Translations under genes and position numbers: made by a program
Assembly: GCA_023334545.1 (NCBI GenBank)
Contig: JAADVB010000049.1
Coordinates: 1 to 64,000 of the forward strand
DNA from: Salisapilia sapeloensis CBS 127946
Taxonomy: Eukaryota > Protista > Oomycota
Length of the DNA stretch: 64,000 bases
Direction of reading: 5' to 3'
Part shown: positions 43,298-54,352 of the stretch, one piece after another
Position numbering within the stretch: the stretch's first letter is position 1
Layout: the number at the start of each line of letters is the position of its first letter
The notes under the pieces: generated by a model
The model's database searches: none
What the model was told of the DNA's origin: nothing
Seen by the model: the letters and a program-made list of their open reading frames with translations, nothing else

Positions 43298-44136
43298 ATG
43301 GGTAAGTGCTTGTTGCTTGATCCGGTTCGCAGAGGCCGCTTTCATAAGTGTGCCGCGGTTGGAGCGTAAGCTTCACACCGCTCCCGCCCGATCACTGCTG
43401 TTTCCGCTTTCGTGCAGCATTCGATCTGGGGTCTGGAGGCTCTGCTTTATAAAAACCTATGAGGTTTATTCCCTCAACGTCTACTAGAAAAAGCTCGTAC
43501 TAAACGTATAACTTAGGTATCTCTCGTGATTCGCGCCACAAGCGCCGTGAAACCGGTGGCAAGCGTCGCCAGTACCGTAAGAAGCGAAAGTTCGAAATCG
43601 GCCGTCAGCCGGCCAACACCAAGCTCGGACACAAGCGTGTGCACGCCGTCCGCGTTCGTGGTGGTCACTACAAGCAGCGTGCCCTTCGTCTGGACACCGG
43701 TAACTTCTCCTGGGGTACCGAAGTCGCCACCAAGAAGACGCGTATCTTAGATGTCGTCTACAACGCTTCCAACAACGAGCTCGTCCGTACCAAGACGCTC
43801 GTCAAGGGTGCCATCGTTGTGATCGATGCTACGCCGTTCCGTCAGTGGTACGAGACCCACTACGGCGTCAAGATCGGTACCAAGAAGGCCTCGGAGCGTG
43901 GTGCTGCCACCGAAGAGTCCGGCAAGAAGAGCGACCACGTCCAGCGTAAGCTCGCCCAGCGTCAGCGTGAACGCGTCGTCGACTCCAAGATCGAGGACCA
44001 GTTCGCTTCTGGCCGTCTCTTGGCCTGCATCTCGTCTCGCCCTGGCCAGTCTGGCCGTTCGGACGGTTACATCCTTGAAGGCCGTGAGCTTGAGTTCTAC
44101 CAGCGTAAGCTCGCCACCAAGAAGTCCAAGAAGTAG
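43298..44136 (+). CDS. RPS8: 40S ribosomal protein S8 (eS8), 2 exons
   Basis: ATG G|gtaagt intron 43302-43516, then [11 protein letters not shown]...[15 protein letters not shown]. Strong C-ending codon bias. Confidence 0.97.
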
Positions 44137-44333
44137 AGTAGGTATCTACCACGATTTTCTTGTCACGACGGGGTTATCTTTGAAAAAATCAAAAGAATAC
44201 AATTTGGTTTTTTCAAGAATTTGTTGCAATACATTACTTTTCTATTGGCTGAAATCCGTTTTATATGATCATGATTGGGTGGATCTGAGTCTGTTTGGAC
44301 AAACGATTGCATTCGTATTTTTGCTGCATACCC

Positions 44334-45756
44334 ATGAGTACCTTTGGCCGTGTCTTCCGAGTTACCACGTACTACTCTTGTATCCTCCATCTCTACTCTC
44401 AAACTAATCAGTTCATCTAGTTTCGGTGAATCCCATTGCAAAGGCGTTGGCGCCATTGTCGATGGCGTGCCTCCGTGCTTGGACCTGACCGAGGCAGACC
44501 TCCAGCCACAGCTCACTCGCCGTCGTCCTGGTCAGAGCAAATTGACCACGCCGCGTGATGAAAAAGATAATGTCTCGATCCTCAGTGGCACTGAACATGG
44601 ACGTACGCTCGGTACGCCCGTCTCGCTTTTCGTAGCCAACGAAAATGTCCGTCCCAAGGACTATAGCGAGATGGACCAAGTGCCTCGTCCAGGCCACGCC
44701 GACTACACGTACCAGATGAAGTACGGTACGCGAGCAGCCAGTGGTGGCGGTCGTGCCAGTGCGAGAGAAACCATTGGTCGTGTTGCGGCCGGTGCTATTG
44801 CCGAAAAGTGGCTGGGACAGCAGTACGGGACCGAAGTCGTCGCGTGGGTGAGTGCCATTGGCGACACGGAGATGCCAGAGACGGAACTGAACAACCCCGC
44901 CACGGCACCCACGTACACACGAGAGGACGTGGACAACATCGGAAGCATCCGTATCCTACGCGATCCGAGCGTCTGGACCAAGGTCGATGCAGAGGACCCA
45001 GACTACGCCACCAAGCAGGCCGAGAGCGACTTGGAGTACGAGAAGAAGTTCGTCTACAGTGATGACGTCACGACACCTGCGTACATCGACCCGAACCAAG
45101 TCGTGTACAACCGCAATGGCGCTCCAGTGGACGCTCCATCCGACCTAGAAGCGTGGCTCACGGACGATCTCGTGCCAGTGCGCTGCCCTGACGCTCCGTC
45201 TGCCTGTGCGATGGCCACCAAGGTGCGTGGTGTCAAGCTCGAGCAAGACTCGATCGGTGGCGTCGTTACGTGTGTCATTCGTAACGTCCCGGTTGGCCTC
45301 GGTGAGCCTTGCTTTGACAAGATGCAGGCGACGTTGGCCCATGCCATCATGTCGCTGCCAGCTACGAAGGGCTTTGAGATCGGTTCTGGCTTCCGTGGCA
45401 CCAAGAAGCGTGGTTCCCAGCACAACGATCCGTTCTGCAAGTCGGATGAAGAAGGCAAGCTGAACGTCACCAAGAACGATGCTGGTGGTGTCCTCGGCGG
45501 TATCACCAGCGGCGCAGACATCTACTTCCGTGTGGCGATCAAGGCCGTGTCGACTATCAGCCAAGCGCAGAAGACGGCGACATACGATGGACAGGAGACG
45601 GTATTGGAAGCCAAGGGCCGTCACGACCCGTGCGTCTTGCCTCGGGCTGTGCCGCTCGTGGAGGCCATGGCATCTCTGGCGATTGCCGACGCTGCAATGG
45701 TCCAATTGTCGCGAGAAGGCAGTGTCCAGGCGCCGAGCAAGAAGAGGAAGCTTTAG
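44334..45756 (+). CDS. aroC: Chorismate synthase (2 exons)
   Basis: MSTFGRVFRVTT|FGESH across a 52-bp intron (44369-44420); motifs RPGHADY, RASARET and RHDPCVLPRA. Confidence 0.96.
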
Positions 45757-45799
45757 ATTTTCGTACAACAAACATGAAAAGATGGTAGAAACATTAGAG

Positions 45800-46534
45800 T
45801 TACATTGCTGCATCGTAGACTGGAGTCTCTTGCGGAGGTACGTGAGACACTAGGAGGTTATCTAGTGTACTTCCATCCACCTCCCTCTTTCTTTCCAACT
45901 CCTCTTGGAGATGATCATAGTACTTCATGTCGTCAAAGGCGCTAGACAAAGTCGGGAAGGAGAGAAACTGGTCGAGGAATAACTGCGCTTCTTGAAACGG
46001 CACTTCTTCACAGTCCCGACAGCTCGTGATCGACTTCTTCGTCGGTGTATTGCTCATTTTGATGCTTGTCAAGGCATGATTCGGGACGTCTTTAACGAGC
46101 AACCAGTCGAGATGGAAGACGCCAGTGTACTTTTGCTTCTCCCACAACGCAAATTGTTTGCTCTGATCTACGCTGGACGTCATGCGTGCAATGCCATTAA
46201 AGTGTCGACTGTCACAGACGCTAAAGAAGAGCAGGATGGGTCGCACGGCGGCCAAGTCACTATTAAATGCAGCATCTAATATTGCATTATGTGACTCTGT
46301 ACTAGCCCACACGCCGTACTTGAGACTCTTATGCAGATTCGCTTCGCTAAACGACTTGAGTACAAAACATCGGCACGTCGCTGGTGTCCGGAACATATTC
46401 CGTACCAGTCCATCATTCCTTTTATTCAACACGACCGCATTGGTATCCACTTGGTGCTCTTCCTTATCTTCCAAATACCGCGGAGCCCACACAACCTTCC
46501 GCTTCCGTCGTCGATGCCTCCGCTCGCCACTCAT
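45800..46534 (-). CDS. YTH-domain (m6A reader) protein
   Basis: CFVLKSFSEANLHKSLKYGVWAST, LFFSV..SRHFNGIARM, WLLVKDVPN and SCRDCEEV. Confidence 0.9.
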   Translation of the reverse strand: MSGERRHRRRKRKVVWAPRYLEDKEEHQVDTNAVVLNKRNDGLVRNMFRTPATCRCFVLKSFSEANLHKSLKYGVWASTESHNAILDAAFNSDLAAVRPILLFFSVCDSRHFNGIARMTSSVDQSKQFALWEKQKYTGVFHLDWLLVKDVPNHALTSIKMSNTPTKKSITSCRDCEEVPFQEAQLFLDQFLSFPTLSSAFDDMKYYDHLQEELERKREVDGSTLDNLLVSHVPPQETPVYDAAM

Positions 46535-46809
46535 CGATGTCTGCCGTGTCACTACTAGACCGAGATCCTTCACACCTCCGATAAAGAATGATCATGGTAA
46601 ACAATCTACCCGATTCTAAATTATCATTTATAGCAGTTTATCATATACTGCATCTCGTATGTAAGCTATTATTCATCAAGAAGGTGTTAAATTTTATGAC
46701 TTCTTGCAATATATAAATCTAGAAAGGATCATGTATAGCAGGTGTGACTGTAAAATTCTACCACGTGTTCATATCTCAATCTGCGCCGGAAGACGGAAGC
46801 ATTGCCACG

Positions 46810-47421
46810 ATGAACCGCTTCTCGATGCTCGTACTAGCCTTTACGGCTTTCTTTGCCGTCGCTCTCGGCTCGAACGTCGTGGAGCTCAATGAAGACAACT
46901 TTGAAAAGCAGACGCAAGCAGCCTCTGGATCCACCTCTGGCGACTGGTTCGTCAAGTTCTACGCGCCATGGTGCGGACACTGCAAGCGCCTCGAACCGAC
47001 GTGGGATGAACTCGCCGATGAGCTCAAGGGCAAGGTCAACATCGCCAAGGTCGATGTCACCCAGAACGGCGACCTCGGCAAGCGCTTTGGCGTCCGTGGA
47101 TTCCCTACGCTCCTCCACTTCCACGACGGAAACTACTACAAGTACCAGGGCAAGCGTGAACTCAACGAGCTCAAGAGCTTTGCGGAAGGCAAGTTCAACG
47201 AACTCTCGTCTGCTGTCAAGGTCCCGGGTGAGCCATCTCCCATGGACGAAGTCGTCGCGCACGTCAAGGCGCTGCAGAACGACTTTGTGACGCTCTTGGC
47301 GTCCAAGAAGAACGTGCTGGCCGTCACGTTCGGCGCCGGGTCGCTCTTCGGCATGATCCTCGCTGCGCTCTGTGGCTGCTGCTCTGGCCGTAGCCAGGCG
47401 CCCAAGACCAAGACCGCCTAA
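46810..47421 (+). CDS. TMX-like thioredoxin/PDI-family protein (signal peptide, WCGHC, C-terminal TM)
   Basis: Signal peptide, FYAPWCGHCK active site, GFPT motif and a hydrophobic C-terminal helix. Confidence 0.92.
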   Translation: MNRFSMLVLAFTAFFAVALGSNVVELNEDNFEKQTQAASGSTSGDWFVKFYAPWCGHCKRLEPTWDELADELKGKVNIAKVDVTQNGDLGKRFGVRGFPTLLHFHDGNYYKYQGKRELNELKSFAEGKFNELSSAVKVPGEPSPMDEVVAHVKALQNDFVTLLASKKNVLAVTFGAGSLFGMILAALCGCCSGRSQAPKTKTA

Positions 47422-47482
47422 GGTGGAAGACGAAAACAATTCTAACAAACATGAAAACTTTGATCCAAGTAGAAAAGTATAA

Positions 47483-49795
47483 TTAGGTCGATGCATGTAG
47501 CGCGGAGAAGCTGTACTTAAGCTCGAGACTCTCGAACAATGCGTCTTCCACGCCAGCGTAGCTCTCCAGCATCTCCTCGACACGAGGCAGCTCGGCCGGA
47601 TCCTTCTCCTGAAGATACGCCACTAGTCTCCTCCTGTACGGATTCTCTTTCGCTCGAGGTTTTCCATTCAACAAGGCGATGTCATCTGCGTTTAACGTAT
47701 ACGCCACGCCTTCCTTGTCCTCCGACTTTGGTGGACGCTCTGGTGGCGTCGAATCGTCCACGAGGTTCCGGATCTGACTGAGCAAGAGTTCGTTCTGTCG
47801 TTTCAACCGTCGATTCACCATACGTGCCTCATTCGCCTCCGCCGCTGCAGCTGCCACTTGACTCTCCGTCTGCGACTTCATGTTCTTGATCTCGGCCACG
47901 AGGACCTTCTTCTGACTCCGATACTTTAGCAGCGCTTGCTGCAGTTGGTTCCTCTCCTGCGTCTCATCCTCATACCGTTTCTTTGCCTCAGCCATCTCCT
48001 TGGCAATCTTCTCCAATCGAGTCGATGTGCCTGTCAGTCGATTCGCGAGAGGGTACCCTAGCTCTGCTCTCAGTCGCAAGACCGACGCTTCTGCTTGACT
48101 CAATTCGTTCTCTAGTTCCTCCTTCTTCCCAGCCTCCAAGTCCGTTCGAGGCGTATCGTCTTCATTCTCCCACGCGTCCTGCATCTCCCATCGATGCTTC
48201 TCCTCTAGTAACTGATCTCGTTCTTCCTGGATGGCGCCCCAGGCCTCTCGCTCACGTTGCATCCGGTCGATGTCTCCCTGGACATTCGACAGCTCAAGCG
48301 TCTTACTCTGCAGACTAGCCGCCATGGCCTCCTTCTCCGCCTCGAGCGCATGTACCTTGTCCATGGCATCATCCCTCTCCTTTGTAGCTGCATGCAGTCC
48401 GTCCTGTAGCTCTTCGACACGCTCCAGGAGCTGCATGTTGAGTCCATTTAGCTCTTCCAGGAGACTCTTAGCTTGGTTTTCATCCGGAAGCGCATCACTT
48501 GGCAATTGCTCTTCGTCTGGTAGAGTAGATTGCGAGCCGAAGAGATATGGCAAGAGACTTCCAGCAGCATTGATAGGAGGTGCCATGATCCAATCGTTCA
48601 CGACGGATGGGAGGTAGTTTTGAAAAGATAAGAGAGACGCTGCATCTTGTTCGTTCGAAAGAGTGAGGTCCGTCGGGGAGTGGGATACGGTATCGAATGC
48701 TTCACCAGTGAACTTGGATGCTTCCTCTGCTTCTGCATAGGCAGCAGCTGCAGCAGACGCAGAGGTCATGATGTCTCTATCGACCACTTGAACCTGATAC
48801 ACGATACTCTTTCCACGGATACGAGAGTACGTGTTGTCCCATCGGAGCTGGATCGTACCACTGCCAGGCGCTTTAAACATACCTACCAGCCCACCATCAG
48901 ACTACAACACTTCTATACATAGAGAGGGTAGAACCTTGGAAGGAAGGGTCGTGGTCGGATGGAATGCACTTGCGTTTACTCTGGACGACGATCTCTTCGT
49001 AGTCGTAGGTACTATCGTTATCCTCCTGTGCCTTAGCCTCGTCTATTTCTTCCGAGACGGATGTATCGGTTTTCTTGGGGTAGAATAGAACGCTAAAGTC
49101 AATGTCATATCCCTCCACTTCGAACTTCCAGATCACGAATTGACCTGCCTGTTGGACATCTACCGTCACGTCATGTTCAGACGCTCGAGAGATGTAGGTC
49201 TTTTCCGATGAGAATGGCTGGAGGATGAATTCAATCGCAGTCATGTCCGATCGACGGCGATCGCGTGTGTCATGCTCATCGATAAATGTCTTCCAGTCCG
49301 TATGATACCGCATCACTTCTGCTTGACCTATGCTACCAAGTTACCACTGCTCTATGTAGCTGCATGCGTTAGAAAGATACCAGCCAAGTAGTTGGACATG
49401 TCAGTACACCATTGTGCCATCGCGACGTCATCGTCGCTCTTATTCACTGGGAACTCTGGCACCTGCACGACCTTGTCGTCCATATCTGTCTCCATTTGTG
49501 CCCAACTCACAAGCAAAGCCTCGAGCTCTGCAACCGACCGACGGATCGTATACGATCTAGAGTCTTTCGATACCACCAACTCTGCTTCCCACGCACTTAG
49601 TCCCTTCTTCTTCGCCGTCTCGAGCGCTTGTTGGAATCTCCCATCTTGCAAGTCAATCTCCACTCGCTCCTCCTCTGCTTTCTCGACACTCGTAACGACC
49701 ACATCCACCAACATATCGGACTCACTCTCTTCCGAAGAAGACTCCAACATCGGTGGTGCCTCCGCCTCGCTCGACACCTCTTCGTCGTCCGTCAT
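47483..49795 (-). CDS. PX-like + GOLD + coiled-coil protein (3 exons)
   Basis: GOLD motifs VIWKFEVEGYDIDFSV and GTIQLRWDNTYSRIRGKSIVY; PX-like YTIRRSVAEL; long coiled coil; C-terminal RLVAYLQEKDP...EDALFESLELKY module. Confidence 0.72.
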
Positions 49796-49887
49796 TCGGC
49801 GTCTGTTTTTCTTTTACGAAATTGACTGCGTTTTTCTATACGCTCAATTTCTTTTCTTCTTCGCTCCAACAAACAACCAAGCGAAAG

Positions 49888-50880
49888 ATGGAAGCCGAGG
49901 AGGGCGGACGTGCGGCCGATGGCCGACAGCACGCGAGTCGCACGGCGACTTCGACGACGGCGGCGACGGCCCCACCATCCGATGTAGCTGTCGTCGGCGT
50001 AACGGGCGTCTCGACGACGTCTGTACTCGGTGAAGGCGCCACCAATGGCGTCGAACCAACCGACATGAGCGACAGATCACCTGTCGTGGCACCGACCAGA
50101 AGCTCTACGCCCATACCCAACGCCATTCGGAACGAACTCGTGACGCAAATGTATGTCTACTAGCATGCTCTTTATTTCGCTTTAAGTATACATGGGTTAA
50201 CCTCGTCACTCGTCAGGATGGTCGAGCTCCGCCGCATCACAGGACTAGACGACACGCGTCACTTGCGTCGCTGTGCCTCGAGATACGAAGCTTCGGTCTG
50301 GAAGAAGTGCACGTCTCGACTGCAGTACATGCAGCGTCTAGAAAGTCGCATCCAGTCTCTCCGTCGCCACTCTCCAGGAGACGCCAAGGCCATAGCCAAC
50401 GTCCCGACAGAGACGTATCAGCCTCTCCCAGGTCCGCAGACTAGATCTCGCACTCGACGCGCGATGAAGCAGCAGCGCCAAGTACGACCGTCGAACGTTT
50501 CCACTGAGCTGCAGTACTTTGTCCGGCTGCGTGACATGCAGACGAGGTACCGAGACGAAGTAGCGCTCGTCTTCCGGGAGCTCTGTCGAGTAAACACGGT
50601 CATCCAGCACTCTGCGTGCCTCCGTCGGCACGACTCGAACAACCTTGGCGACTTCTTGGCCAATCTCAAGAAGATAATTTATTTGCTAGAGCAGCGGCCA
50701 GGAGAATTGGGTGGGATCATCCCGCCGCGCAAGCGTACGCTCGAGTACCTCGAAGTCCTCGAGACGCACATCCAGCGCAAGGTGCTTCCGATTTTGGAGC
50801 GACTGCGACACACGTACTCGAGCATTTTGCGTCCGATCGTCTTGAACTACCTTCGCCACTCGCCACGCTTCTCTCGCTAG
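49888..50880 (+). CDS. KIX-domain, MED15-like protein (2 exons, 308 aa)
   Basis: Intron 50151-50216 joins IRNELVTQM|MVELRR...ASRYEASVWKKCTSRLQYMQRLESRI (KIX-like). A second helical block resembles the plant MED15 middle region. Confidence 0.6.
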
Positions 50881-51804
50881 CTAAACGGATAGTATGGAGC
50901 TTTAAGGCAAGGCACAAGTAAAGCGAATAGACGAATGAATTGAACGGTAATAGAGAGCAAAGACATCGACACATCTTGTTTCCTATCGACTTCGTCCTAG
51001 TTGATAGCATGACGACAAGCAGCTTGGTGGTAGAAGACATGGTAATATACTTTGTACTTTGGAGTCTAGAGTGGTTCATATCATCCTTCTTGCGGCAGAA
51101 ACGTCCGTAGAAGGAAGGTTGAGAAAGATACATGCACATCCTTCCATCCTCTCGATTACATCAGAGTCATACGACGATGGACTAGTCTAGACCTAGAGTC
51201 ATGAGTAGGAAGATGCTGTCGATAGTAGATAGTGACTTCAAGATCTAGTAGAGACTCATGGAAACTCAGGAACGACGGTACGAATGGACGAATGGACGTG
51301 TCAAGTCATCAAGCTACAACTTGTTACTGTATGCCGATCGTCCCTGTATGTGGATCTGCTTGAGCGCGCAGGTCGTACGATCGCAATGCACATCATACTC
51401 CCAGATTAATCACAGCCAGCTTACATGCATGCACATCTCCTTCATCCATCTACATCGCTACCAATGCACATCGATAGGTAGAAACATAGTTACTACTGCT
51501 CTCTACTGCCATCCTACGACAGTCATGTCGATAGCGCCAGTAGAAATGTTGTATGCAATCCAGCACGACGACGAACGCCTCGCTCATGACGGTTGGAGAT
51601 CCTACCGATCCATCCAACAAGCTTCCCAACCGCCTACACCACCTGTTAAACATACAGATCGGACATAAACACTATCCGGCCCTGTCCATTTCCCACTCCA
51701 TCCACTCTCTATCAGGTAGCACCAAGAGAAACTGTCATCAAGTACCTACATGAGAATCTCTAGCTAGAAATCCAACAATCAAAATTGTATTCTTAAGGGC
51801 GTAG

Positions 51805-54096
51805 CTACATGCCTCTAGACTTCTGTGAAAGGTACTTCCACCATGCAGTCGGATGCAGACGCGACAGCGTAGTCGTAGCAAGCACAAGACAAGCCATTGC
51901 CAGTACACTCTTATTACTCGCCGTCCGCATCAGTCGAGCGAACGATGCCTTGGATACATTTCTATGAGCAATATACAAGACTAGAAGCACCACTCCACTT
52001 TCCACCACCAACAAGCGAGCAGAGCGTCGTGTCAGCGTCTCATCTCGCTGCTGTCGCTTCTGCTTCATCACCGCTACCCACGATAGCATATCCGAGAAAT
52101 CCACGACGCCATCTTTATTAAAATCCATCGCATCCAAGTACTCTTTCGCCCGTTCTTCCGTCACGAACGAACCTAAAGAGTTGCGGACAAACTGCCGAAT
52201 GTCTTCCGAAGATAGACGCATGCTACCACTCACATCTATAAGGGTGAACATGAACTTGAGCATATCCAATTCCGATTGCTCCAACAGCTACAGATATACT
52301 TTAGTCGGCGTTTTAGCTTATATACAAAGTACCTTACCGTCTCTCCTGTCTCCTTCTGCTGGTGCTTTACCCATGCACTAGCAACATCCGACAGTACACG
52401 TCGTCTAGCATGCGGATGCATCTCATTCGTCGTCTGCCGCATCTCATCCACTACATAAACAATCAGAGCGTGCTCTTTACTATAAAAGACATTGCTAGGC
52501 GTACTGGATCCTCTTGGCGGTTGAAGATTCGAGAGCTGGTCGCTACCAGAGACGACAGCCACGTTCGTACCACGCGGTTCTTTACTAAACTCTAGGATCG
52601 TATCAAAGATCTTTCTACTAGCAGGTAGAAACGGTAGTTTGGTCATAAACTCTCGCCAGATATCGACGCCACGACCTTCCGGAAAGATTAATGCTGGTGG
52701 TGGATGGTCCACTGCACTGACTTCCTTCAATTCCCAACGACACTCGTCGTTATTTAGATGCAAGTACGCAGCCTAACGACGTGCTAAATACAATGAAAAG
52801 TCATCTATCAAAAGGATCGCTTACCTTATTTCCGTGACGATCGCAATAGTTTGGACTGGAGAAGACTGTGAGTAAAGGAGGCATCGTCGTGGACGATCGA
52901 CGATCCATCGCTTCCCACTTGCTTCCATGGAAATGGATCTTATACCCATGCTCCTCGAACTCGTGCGCTCGGACCATTGCTACAAGCTCATTCTTCTCCA
53001 GAAACTGGAAGAGTGCTGCAGCGTTAAAACTATAGGAGCACCCGCGAACCTATCAAGACGATCAGCATATCGTCACAAGCTACTCAAGATTTCATCATAC
53101 CGCATTTGTCTCCCATTGTGGCTCTCCATTCGTATCTACACAAATCCATGTCGATCTTAATACCGAAAGACAAGCTAAGCTACTAGGAATATGTTTAAAT
53201 GTACCTTGGACGTTCGGATCAGACCATACTAAGTCACATAAGAGTCCGGAATGCGGGATTTCTCGAAATCGATCTAGATTCTGAACGTCTTGTAGCGTCT
53301 TGAGATCTGGAGAGATACCTCCATGCACGCAGAAGAGCATCCCTTCGTACGTACGCGTTAATGCTGCAATCGGCATCGCTCGAAAGCACGAGATAAAGTG
53401 ATAGTACACTGCAATCCCGTATTTGGCTCGACCTATTAGCCATTAGCTATCTCTTTATGCTGTGATTACAAGGCAAAGAGCAGTACATTCTCCTCGGAAG
53501 CCGTAGAAGCTAGAGATAGCTTCACATTCATGATTCCCACGCAAGAGAAATACGTTGAAGGGGTACTAGCATCAGATATGGTAAGACACTTCAAGATAGC
53601 GAGTACTCAAGTCTCATACACGCAGCTTTAAGAGCAGTAGATACAGCATAACTTCGCATGAGAAAGCTCCACGGTCTGTATAATACTCCATTTAATAGAC
53701 ATGTATACTAGTCGTGCTATATCCAAACGTACCGATGTAATCGCCCAAGAAGAGTAGCTTGACACGGCCATCTAGACGCTCTCGATGAGCTACAAGCAAG
53801 CATCGCTAACGCTCCTAGACCATACCTGCAATTCGATCCAAGCCGATACTATCGATCCGCGCGATAAGATCGTAGAACTGACCGTGGAAATCCCCAAAGA
53901 TGTAGGTTGAAGTGCCATCCACGTGCACTACATTCGGTTCGTCCGACAGCACGTCTTTCGCAGCATGAATGAGAGCAACTACATCTCCTACATCCAGGAG
54001 CTCCTGATCTTCCAACCGACTCTGTGTAGCTGCCACCGAAAGCCCCACACCAGACGACCGGCGGCGATGGCGTAGCTGCTTGTCTTCCTTGTCCAT
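51805..54096 (-). CDS. Calcineurin-A-like PPP phosphatase fused to an EF-hand pair and a hydrophobic C-terminus, multi-exon
   Basis: GDFHG, GDYI|DRG, RGNHE, HGGISP, LVWSDP, RGCSY, RAHE and SSPNY motifs; EF loops [12 protein letters not shown] and [12 protein letters not shown]; two hydrophobic segments at the end. Confidence 0.88.
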
Positions 54097-54352
54097 CTTT
54101 CCTTGTCTACGAAAGAAAGAGCATTGTATCTCTTTTCTTTCGTACTCTTCCTCTGAGTCTGATAAATATTATTCTGATTCTACCCGAGCAAGATGCTCCA
54201 TGCCTCTCGGCTGTCTACTATAGTAGCACTGCTAGATGGGTATATGGAGATCAACTAAAAGTATTGCCTATGGGATGAGTGGAGGGGGGTTATGGAAGAT
54301 GAAGAGGAAGTAGTACAGCATACATTCGATATATTGAGCAAAGACACACGAG

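Noticed and set aside
43302-43516. Annotating a C/D-box snoRNA in the RPS8 intron
   Set aside because: No RTGATGA...CTGA pair was found, so it is reported only as a structured intron.
50881-51804. Possible gene or lncRNA in the ~0.9-kb gap after the MED15-like gene
   Set aside because: Scattered GT/AG signals exist on both strands, but I could build no consistent protein-like frame.
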